Shown here: positions 56,469 through 64,000 of the stretch, piece after piece
Layout of the letters: each line of letters begins with the position of its first letter
How positions within the stretch are numbered: the first letter of the stretch is position 1
Source: Candidatus Aminicenantes bacterium
GTDB taxonomy: Bacteria > Acidobacteriota > Aminicenantia > Aminicenantales > Saccharicenantaceae
Assembly (NCBI GenBank): GCA_963754085.1
Contig: CAVWFA010000016.1
Location: 451,213 to 515,212, forward strand
Direction: 5' to 3'
Length of the DNA stretch: 64,000 bases
Translations under genes and position numbers: made by a program
Notes under the pieces: generated by a model
Database searches by the model: none
Seen by the model: only the letters and a program-made list of their open reading frames with translations
Told to the model about the DNA's origin: nothing

Positions 56469-56855
56469 CTATTTCCGATCGTAATCGTCCGAGAGGCGGA
56501 CGATGTCGTCTTCGGTCGAGCGGCCGATCCAGATCTCCATGAAGCGGGCCGGCGCCGTCCCGACGTTCCGGGCCCGGTGGACGGCGCGGCGGGGGACGAC
56601 GATCTCCTCGTTCGGGGCGGCGATCCAGACGCGGTCGCCGACGGTGATCTCGAGCCCGGCGTCGAGGACGACCCAGAACTCGGCCCGGCCTTCGTGGTAC
56701 TGGAGGGACAGCCGGCCGCCCGGCTCGACGGTGATGATCTTGATGCTGCCCGCGTCCTCGTGGGGGAAGCGGCGGAACCTGCCCCAGGGACGGACGTCCT
56801 CGACGATGCCGCTCCGGTAGTCGTCGGCGGACGGGATCTTTTCGCTCAAGGGCAT
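56469..56855 (-). CDS. cupin domain protein (mannose-6-phosphate isomerase type II C-terminal-like)
   Basis: Start at MPLSEKIPSADDYRSG. Motifs are WGRFRRF, LSLQYHEGRAEFWVV and RLSDDY. The track ORF's N-terminal 29 codons lie inside MITE copy 2. Confidence 0.75.
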   Translation of the reverse strand: MPLSEKIPSADDYRSGIVEDVRPWGRFRRFPHEDAGSIKIITVEPGGRLSLQYHEGRAEFWVVLDAGLEITVGDRVWIAAPNEEIVVPRRAVHRARNVGTAPARFMEIWIGRSTEDDIVRLSDDYDRK

Positions 56856-57046
56856 GCCTGGATGATTCGCGAGCCGAGGCGGCTGTCGATGCGAGGCGTC
56901 AAAGGGTGAAGCTGTACTCGGAGTACTGCGAACCCTTTGCAACGAAGCAGATGCGCCGGATCGGCTTGCCCGAAGGGTGAAAACGCCGGTCTTTGTTCTT
57001 CAGGTTTGGTGGAGCGACACGGCGTTTTCACGAATGGTCCAGGCTA
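56854..57046 (-). mobile_element. 193-bp MITE-like element, copy 2 (inverted relative to copy 1)
   Basis: The termini are ATGCCTGGATGATTCGCGA ... CACGAATGGTCCAGGCTA. It fills exactly the gap between the ssb stop (CTA at 57044-57046) and the cupin start codon (56853-56855). Confidence 0.7.
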
Positions 57047-57544
57047 GAAGGGGACGTCGTCGTCGGGGCCACCGGAGGCGCCTCCGGACTCTTCGCCCGA
57101 CGGGAACTCGTCTTCGCCGGCGGCCGCGGGCCCGCGGCCGCCGCCGCGGCCTTCCTCGGCCAGGTCCCGGGTGTCCGAGCTCGCCGAGCTCTCTTCGCGC
57201 TTGCCGAGGAGGACGATGTTCATCGCCTCGACCTCGGTCTTGTACCTCTTGTTCCCGGAATCCTTGTCTTGCCAGCTCCGCGTCCGGAGCTTGCCCTCGA
57301 TGAGGACTTGACGGCCCTGGGCGAGGTACTTCTCGACGAATTCGGCCAGCTTGCCGAAGACGACGATGTTGTGCCACTCCGTCCGGTCGGACGACTCGCG
57401 CGTGTTGGGATTGAAGAGCCGCTCGTTCGTGGCCAGGCTGAAGCTGGCTTTCCAGCGGTCCTGCTGGGGCATGCGGAACATCTCGGGCTTCTGGCCCAAG
57501 CGTCCGACGAGGATGACCTTGTTCAGGCTGTTGATGTCTCTCAT
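57044..57544 (-). CDS. ssb: single-stranded DNA-binding protein
   Basis: MRDINSLNKVILVGRLGQKPE...WHNIVVFGKLAEF..., with the acidic tail DDDVPF. It has an ATGA overlap with cpoB. Confidence 0.9.
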   Translation of the reverse strand: MRDINSLNKVILVGRLGQKPEMFRMPQQDRWKASFSLATNERLFNPNTRESSDRTEWHNIVVFGKLAEFVEKYLAQGRQVLIEGKLRTRSWQDKDSGNKRYKTEVEAMNIVLLGKREESSASSDTRDLAEEGRGGGRGPAAAGEDEFPSGEESGGASGGPDDDVPF

Positions 57545-58401
57545 TTTTCGTTCAGCTCCCGGATCTTGTCCTGGGCGATGCGGGCCTCCTCCTCGAGCGG
57601 GTATTTCGCGACGAGGAGCTTGAGCGCGGCCAGCGCCTCCGGCTTCCGGCCGAGCTCGATGAAGCTCAGGCCTTTCTTGAGATGGGCCGCCGCGGCCTTG
57701 TCGCCCTGCGGATAGCCGACGATGAGCTCGTCGAAGGCGTCGATCGCCTCCTCGAACTTCCGCTGGCTGTAGCGGCACTCGCCGATCCAGTACAGGGCGT
57801 TGTCGGCCAGGGGGCTCTCCGGGAACTGCTGGCGGTAGAGCTTGAAGCTTTCGACGGCCAGGTCGTAGTTCCCCTTGAGATAATCGTTGTAGGCCACGGA
57901 GTAGGCTTCCTGGGGGGACATCGTCGGAGCCGGGGCCGGGGCCGGCGGAGCCTTGGGTTCGGGCCCGGGTTTGGCCGCCGTCTGAGGGGCCGTCTTCCGG
58001 TCCTCGCCGGCGGCGGCCGCACCCGCGGCGGCCCCGACGGGCACCGCGGCCGCGGGCCGGGCGGCCAGGTCGGCCGAGATCTTCTGAAGCTCGAGCGTCA
58101 GCTGGTCGAGCTTGCGGACGATGTCCTGGTACTGGGCGGGGAGCGCTCTCGAGCCTTCCTGAGCTTCGGCCTGGCCGGCCATGGATTGACGGAAGAGGTC
58201 GGTCAGGATCTTGAGCTGGTCCTGGAGGGCCTTGATGACCTCGGCGTTCTGGTCGGCCAGGTCGCGGAGCTCCTGGACCTGCTGCTTGAGGATCTGGACG
58301 TCGTCGTAGACGACCTCGATGGCCTTCTTGCTCTTGTCCTGTCCGGCCGCGGCCAGGGCCAGGACGGCGAGCAAGAAGGCCCCGAGTCGAGCGCGTCGCA
58401 A
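57541..58401 (-). CDS. cpoB: Tol-Pal system protein CpoB/YbgF
   Basis: 286 aa with a signal peptide, a coiled coil and C-terminal TPRs (YSVAYNDYLKGNYDLAVESF..ALYWIGECRY). Confidence 0.8.
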   Translation of the reverse strand: MRRARLGAFLLAVLALAAAGQDKSKKAIEVVYDDVQILKQQVQELRDLADQNAEVIKALQDQLKILTDLFRQSMAGQAEAQEGSRALPAQYQDIVRKLDQLTLELQKISADLAARPAAAVPVGAAAGAAAAGEDRKTAPQTAAKPGPEPKAPPAPAPAPTMSPQEAYSVAYNDYLKGNYDLAVESFKLYRQQFPESPLADNALYWIGECRYSQRKFEEAIDAFDELIVGYPQGDKAAAAHLKKGLSFIELGRKPEALAALKLLVAKYPLEEEARIAQDKIRELNEK

Positions 58402-58404
58402 GTC

Positions 58405-58953
58405 TTACTTCTCGATGACGAGGAACTGGGCGCGCCGGTTCATCTGCCAGGCGCTCTCGTCGTGCCCGGGGTTGACCGGCTGGCTCTTGCCGTAGGAGAT
58501 GATCTTCATCCGGTCGCCGGCGATGCCCGACGAGAGGAGATAGTCCTGGGCGGCCTTGGCCCGCTTCTCGCCGAGGGCGAGGTTGTATTCCTCGGTGCCG
58601 CGCTCGTCGCAATGGCCTTCGAGGAGGATCTTGACGGTCTTGAACTTCTTCAGCCAGCCCGCGTTCCCGTCCAGTGTGCCCCGGGCGTCGTCGCGGATGA
58701 GGGCCTTGTCATAGTCGAAATAGACGGTCCCGAGGGGTTTTTCCCGGTTGATCTGGTCGAGCGATTTCTGGAGGAACAGTTCCTCTTCCGTCAGCTGGGG
58801 TTCCTGGACGACGGGCGGTTCGACCTTTTCGACCTTGGGCTGTTCCTGGATCTGCGGGGGCGGCGGGGGGACTTCCTTGGGTTTCTTCTTGCAGGCGACG
58901 GCGAAGGAGAAGACGAGCACGATGGCGAGGGAGTAAATGATCAGCTTTTTCAT
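58405..58953 (-). CDS. pal: peptidoglycan-associated lipoprotein Pal
   Basis: 182 aa with lipobox FAVAC and an OmpA-like C-terminus (LEGHCDERGTEEYNLALGEKRA). Confidence 0.9.
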   Translation of the reverse strand: MKKLIIYSLAIVLVFSFAVACKKKPKEVPPPPPQIQEQPKVEKVEPPVVQEPQLTEEELFLQKSLDQINREKPLGTVYFDYDKALIRDDARGTLDGNAGWLKKFKTVKILLEGHCDERGTEEYNLALGEKRAKAAQDYLLSSGIAGDRMKIISYGKSQPVNPGHDESAWQMNRRAQFLVIEK

Positions 58954-59018
58954 TGAGCCTCCTAAAAATCGCGTCTCGGGCCGAAGCGGCCGGCGGGGTG
59001 ACGCTGTTTTCCAGCCTT

Positions 59019-59048
59019 CTTATACCCCGTATCAGGCGGACATGTCAA
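59019..59048 (-). promoter_or_regulatory. putative sigma-70 promoter of pal-cpoB-ssb
   Basis: Minus strand reads TTGACA-N18-TATAAG, 65 nt upstream of the pal ATG. AGGAGG is the SD sequence. Confidence 0.45.
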
Positions 59049-59417
59049 TACGTTATTCCCCTGATCTCGCCAAATTCCCCCCTTAAGGCTACCCCTAGAG
59101 GGTGTAGGGGCGAGCCCCGGGGGCGAGCCGACCGCTGAATCCCATGCCCGGGATGTCGTCGACGCGAGCGCGGGAACTTCTGGGATGGCGATGCGGCCCC
59201 GGCGGCGAAGGCCGTGGGAGAAGGGGCCGAGGGGTATCCCGGAGTGAGCATCAAGCGGTGAATTAGCCGTCATCGGGACGGAGACCTAAGAACGGGCTCC
59301 GTCCCGGGACGGCGTGAAGATTCACCGCAGCGAACGGAGCGGATCCCCGAGGTCCCTCCACGGCCGGATCAAGGTTGCAGGAGTCCGGGGTCTCCGATCG
59401 CGAACGGAGAGGATATC

Positions 59418-60709
59418 CTAATCCGTCCAGTTGGGGAGCTTGTTCTCGCCCCGGTCGGTCAGCCGCCGGAGGTTGGCCCCGTCGTAGTCGACGGTGTAGA
59501 GCTGGATCGAGCCCGAGAGGTTGGAGGCGAAGACGAGGTGGCGGCCGTCGGGCGACCAGCTCGGCGACTCGTTGCGGACGTTGTTCTCGGTGACCTTGCT
59601 GATCTGGTTGGTCCGGAGGTTGAGGACATAGATGTCGAAGGAGTTGTCGACCCGGGAGACGAAGGCGATCCGCTCGCCCGTCGGGGCCCAGGCCGGCGCG
59701 TCATGGTAGTTGCCGCCGAAGCTGGCCTTGCGGACGTTCGAGCCCTCGGCGTCCATGATGTAGATCTGGGGCGTGCCCTGGCCGAGCCGGTCGGTCGTGA
59801 AGGCGAGCTCGCGGCCCGTGGGCGACCAGGACGGCGCGGTCTCGATGGCGGCGTTGTAGGTCAGCCGCTTGGTCTTCTTCGTCTCGAGGTCCAGGACGAA
59901 GATGTCGGCGTTGCCCTCCTCGGCCATGGTCGAGCAGAAGGCCAGCTTCTTGCCGTCGGGGGAGAAGGCCGCCGAGTAGCTCGTGCCCTTCGTGGCCACC
60001 GCGGACTCCGTGCCCTCGTAGATGTTGCGCAGGTAGAGGCCCGCGTTGCCGCCCGGTACGAGGTGAAGGCGATCGTCCGCTGGTCCGGCGACCAGGCCGG
60101 CATGTAGTCCTTGATCTTGTTGAAGGTCACCCGCGTCGCGGCCGCCCCGTCGTAGTCCATCATGTAGATCTCGTCGTTGCCGTCGCGGTTGGAGACGAAC
60201 GCGATCTTGGTCGTGAAGATGGGCTTCTCGCCGTGGAGCTTCAGGAGCTCGTCGGCCATCTTGTGGGCGACGAGGCGCAGGCCGTTCTTCTCGGCCTGGT
60301 AGCGCTTGCCGACGATGAAGCGCTCGCTCTTGACGTCGTAGATCTTGCCGTCGAAGACGATGCGCCCGCCGTCCTCCCGGACCTCGCCGGTGACGAGGAG
60401 CCGGGCCTGGATGGAATCCCAGTCCTTGAACTGGATCTTGTCCGGGTCGAGGCCCCGGATGTAGGCATAATACTCCTTGGGCAGGAGCTGGAAGATCCGG
60501 CTGTACTTGACGTCGTCGGACAGGGCCTGGCGGATCTCCTGGGCGGCCGCCTGGGCCGTCGGCGAAGAGCCCCGGACGATGAAATCGGGCAGGGCCAGCG
60601 GGATCATGGGCATCCCTTCGCTGATCTTCAGGACGACCTCCTGCTGGGCGAAGGCCCCGGACGCGAAGAGGACCGTCAGGCCGATGAGGAGCTTTTTGGT
60701 GGGTGTCAT
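59418..60709 (-). pseudogene. tolB: tolB with a 1-nt frameshift (or assembly indel) near 60051-60055
   Basis: The N-terminal part is track ORF 59861..60709, good to ...[13 protein letters not shown]. The C-terminal part is track ORF 59418..59999 (...[17 protein letters not shown]...). Adding one G to the run TACCGGGCGGC restores [26 protein letters not shown]. Confidence 0.8.
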
Positions 60710-61533
60710 TTGGCGTGCTCGAAGACGAGAGTGATCCCGAGGTACTGGCCGTCGTACTCGTTCGGTAGGGGCGCGAAGGGCGCCGCGGTCTGGATGGCCC
60801 GGCGGGCCGAGAGGTCGAACGATTCGACCCCGCTCGAAACGTCGATCTTGACGTCGGAGATCTGGCCGTTCTTGTAGATGCGGAAATAGACCTGGGTCTG
60901 CAGGACGCCGCCGACGCCGGGGTCGACGAGGGCCTGGAACCAGTTGGCCGTGATCTTGTCCGAGATCATCTGGAGGTAGAACTGGAAGGGGAAGCCGGCG
61001 ACGCCGAAGGGATCGCCCGCGCCGGCCCCGGTGCCGCCGCCGATGCCCCCGCCGGTCCCGCCGCCGCTGCCGCCGGCGCCCGCGCCGAAGCGCAGGCCGA
61101 AGCCGGAGCCGCTCGAGGCCGTGCCGGACGCGGCGCTCGCGGCCCCGGCCGCCGTAGCCGTCGCGGGCTCGGGCTTGGTGATGGCGGCCTTCTTGTCCGG
61201 CGCCTTCTTCGACGTCTTCGGCTTGTCCGCCGGGTGGGTCATGGCGCTCGCGGGCTCGGATTTGATCTTGGAGGGCACGGTCAAGTCGCGCAGGGCCGGC
61301 TTCTTCGGCGCCGGGAGGGGCTCGGTCTTGGACACGACGCTGCCGCCCCCGCCTCCGGTCCCCCCGCCTCCGCCGCCGCCCATGAAATTGACGTACTGGA
61401 CGAGGCCTTTCTGCGGCGCCCGCGAGAACGAGGGCGAGACGATGACCAGGATGAACAGGCCGACGTGGAGGATGGCCGACAGGACGACGGCCCTCTTGAA
61501 GGCCTGAGGCAGGGCCAGCCGCACGGGGCTCAT
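60706..61533 (-). CDS. tolA: TolA-like protein (TonB/TolA C-terminal domain)
   Basis: 275 aa with an N-terminal TM helix, a Gly/Pro/Lys-rich linker and the C-terminus [20 protein letters not shown]. Position is between tolR and tolB. Confidence 0.7.
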   Translation of the reverse strand: MSPVRLALPQAFKRAVVLSAILHVGLFILVIVSPSFSRAPQKGLVQYVNFMGGGGGGGTGGGGGSVVSKTEPLPAPKKPALRDLTVPSKIKSEPASAMTHPADKPKTSKKAPDKKAAITKPEPATATAAGAASAASGTASSGSGFGLRFGAGAGGSGGGTGGGIGGGTGAGAGDPFGVAGFPFQFYLQMISDKITANWFQALVDPGVGGVLQTQVYFRIYKNGQISDVKIDVSSGVESFDLSARRAIQTAAPFAPLPNEYDGQYLGITLVFEHAK

Positions 61534-61971
61534 TTCTTCTTGTCTTTGACGTCGATGGGCTCGGTCAGGATGCCGATGAGCTCAACCCCGGCCTTCTTGG
61601 TGATGTCCATGATGCGGACGACGACGCCGTAGGGGAGGTCCTTGTCCGCCTGGAGGTAGACGACCTTCTTGGGCTTGTTGGCGAAGTATTCGGTCAGCCG
61701 GCGCTCGAGGAGGTTGATGTTGATCGTCGAGTCGCCGATGTGGACGTACTGGTCCTTGGTGACGGTCAGGGTCAGCCCTTCTTCGGCCGGCTTGGTGTCG
61801 GTCTCGGCCTGGGGCAGGTTGATGCCGATGCCCGACTGCATCATCGGCGCCGTGACCATGAAGATGACCAGGAGGACCAGCATGACGTCGATGAACGGCG
61901 TGACGTTGATCTCGGACATATGCGTGCCGATCTGCCTCCTGCGCGAGGACCGCGACGGCAAGCCTTGCGTG

Positions 61972-61982
<11 letters not shown>
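61530..61982 (-). CDS. tolR: ExbD/TolR family protein
   Basis: [22 protein letters not shown]. An alternative start lies at 61919. Confidence 0.85.
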
Positions 61983-62640
<658 letters not shown>

Positions 62641-62654
62641 GATTATCCGAGAAA

Positions 62655-62683
62655 AAAGTAGCACACGCCCGGGACTCTGTCAA
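62655..62683 (-). promoter_or_regulatory. putative sigma-70 promoter of tolQRAB
   Basis: Minus strand reads TTGACA-N17-TACTTT, 14 nt upstream of the ATG at 62640. Confidence 0.45.
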
Positions 62684-62692
62684 ATGAGCGGG

Positions 62693-62720
62693 TTGAAGGC
62701 GGGGCGGTTTTCGTTATATA
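62693..62720 (+). promoter_or_regulatory. putative sigma-70 promoter of the permease gene
   Basis: TTGAAG-N16-TATATA. The -10 ends 11 nt before the ATG at 62732. Confidence 0.35.
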
Positions 62721-62731
62721 GTCGGCCCGCG

Positions 62732-64000
62732 ATGCCCTGGACCAAGGTCAAGAAACTCCTCCTCGGCGGGGAGAAGAACGTCCGCGACCCGGGCACCTTC
62801 CACAAGATGGCGCTCATCGCCTTCTTCGCCTGGGTCGGCCTCGGCGCGGACGGCCTGAGCTCGTCGAACTACGGCCCGCAGGAGGCCTTTCTGTCGCTCG
62901 GCGACCACCGTCACCTGGCCCTCTACCTGGCCCTCATGACCGCGCTCACGGTCATCACGATCTCGTTGAGCTATTCCCAGATCATCGAGCTCTTCCCGAC
63001 GGGCGGCGGCGGGCTACGTCGTGGCCACCAAGCTCCTCGGCCCGATCTTCGGCGTCGTTTCGGGCATGCGCCCTGATCGTCGATTACATGCTGACGATCA
63101 GCATCTCGATCTCGAGCGGCGTCGAGGCCGTGCTGAGCTTCCTGCCGCCGGCTTTCTTCCAGTACAAGCTGACCTTCATCCTGCTTATCACGCTCGGCCT
63201 TATCCTGCTCAACCTGCGCGGCGTCAAGGAGTCCGTGGCCACCCTGACCCCGATCTTCCTGCTCTTCTTCGTGTCCCACGCGGCCCTCATCGTCTACGGG
63301 ATCTTCTCCCATGTTTCGGCCACGCCGACCCTGTTCGTCGACACCATCCGGGAGACGCGGCAGGGCATCGCCCAGCTCGGCTTCGGGGCCATGGCCTTCA
63401 TCCTCCTTCGGGCCTACAGTCTCGGCGCCGGGACCTACACGGGCATCGAGGCCGTCTCCAACGGCCTCCAGATCCTGCGCCCGCCCCAGGTGAAGACGGG
63501 CAAGAAGACCATGATCTATATGGCCGCCTCCTTGGCCTTCACGGCCGGCGGGCTGCTCGTCTGCTACCTGCTGACCAACGTCCAGCACGTCGCCGGCAAG
63601 ACCCTGAACGCCTCGCTCCTCGAGACGCTCATCGGGACCTGGAAGATCGGCGGTTTCCCGCTGGGGGTCTGGCTCCTGGGGATCATCCTGGTGTCCGAAG
63701 GCGCCATCCTGTTCGTCGCCGCGCAAACGGGCTTCATCGACGGTCCGCGCGTCCTCGGCAACATGGCCATCGATTCCTGGGTGCCGAACCGGTTCATGCA
63801 CCTCTCGGAGCGCCTGGTCGTCCAGAACGGCATCCTGTTCATGGGCCTGGCCTCGATCCTCATCCTCGTCTTCACCCGGGGCTCGGTCCAGGTCCTCATC
63901 GTCATGTACAGCATCAACGTGTTCATCACCTTCACGCTGTCCCAGCTCGGCATGTGCATCCACTGGGTCAAGACGAAAGCCCCGCACCGCGGCAAGAAGT
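62732..64000 (+). pseudogene. APC-superfamily permease interrupted by two +1 frame changes (continues past the window end)
   Basis: Frame 1 reads MPWTKVKK...SYSQIIELFPTGGGG and then hits a stop at 63076. Shifting +1 near 63013 gives YVVATKLLGPIFGVVSG. Shifting +1 again near 63066 gives CALIVDYMLTISISISSG...LRAYSLGAGTYTGIEAVSNG..., which stays open to 64000. Confidence 0.7.

Noticed and set aside
58953-59273. Small ORFs in the tolB-pal spacer (61 aa plus strand; 103 aa and 69 aa minus strand).
   Set aside because: They have no SD sequences, overlap each other in several frames, show biased composition, and overlap the predicted pal promoter.
59255-59328. A 74-nt cloverleaf-like unit with a 7-bp closing stem that looked like a tRNA.
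   Set aside because: It has no T-loop (GTTCRANYC) and no proper D-arm. The candidate anticodon loop lacks U33 and a purine at position 37, and the internal hairpins overlap each other. It is reported only as part of the structured spacer.

Overview
GC-rich chromosomal segment from a diderm bacterium (Tol-Pal, LptB/LptE and sigma-54 are all present). It is mostly housekeeping and envelope genes in tightly packed operons, many with overlapping ATGA/GTGA stop-start junctions. I could support 63 protein-coding genes and found no rRNA, tRNA or CRISPR array.

Gene content:
- Minus strand, 0-28 kb: a methyltransferase/DUF362/prenyltransferase-like operon; a type IV pilus minor-pilin operon (FimT/GspH-, PilV-, PilW-, PilX-like and a 1234-aa PilY1-like adhesin); an aminotransferase fusion; flotillin; rph; comEC; an M20 hydrolase; ytxH/DUF948; a FecCD-type ABC importer; and a thioredoxin-like/TPR gene.
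- 28-35 kb: leuS-lptE-holA, rpsT, murJ, dtd.
- 41-64 kb: ribD-ribE-ribBA, ftsY, recJ, an lptC/A-like gene plus lptB-rpoN-hpf-ptsN-hprK-rapZ-EIIA-ptsH-ptsI, a nitroreductase, a cupin, ssb, and tolQRAB-pal-cpoB.

Most interesting locus: 35.2-40.5 kb holds a compact, translationally coupled cassette. It has three radical-SAM/SPASM enzymes (the first fused to an HPr-kinase-like P-loop domain), a PqqD-type recognition protein and a Sec11/SipW-like S26 peptidase. A separately promoted 60-aa Cys-rich ORF follows and looks like the precursor peptide. I read this as a RiPP-type maturation system with an unusual architecture.

Other notable points:
- An in-frame TGA sits exactly at the first Cys position of a thioredoxin CxxC motif (UGSC) and is followed by a SECIS-like hairpin, so this is a likely selenoprotein that the ORF track split.
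- A class-I aminotransferase is fused to a second HprK/PEPCK-like P-loop domain.
- A 192-bp MITE-like element occurs in two inverted copies that abut gene boundaries.
- A family of 29-nt GGGGACA...TGTCCCC palindromes includes a pair bracketing the signal-peptide coding region of the ABC binding protein.
- A 217-bp foldback element lies at 22.2-22.4 kb.
- A structured 464-bp spacer separates tolB and pal.
- Three indel-type frame disruptions (tolB and a permease) cluster in the last 4 kb.
- TTGACA-N17-TAnnnT promoters recur, several placed 9-11 nt from the start codon.

All functional calls come from motif recognition by eye. No database search was run.
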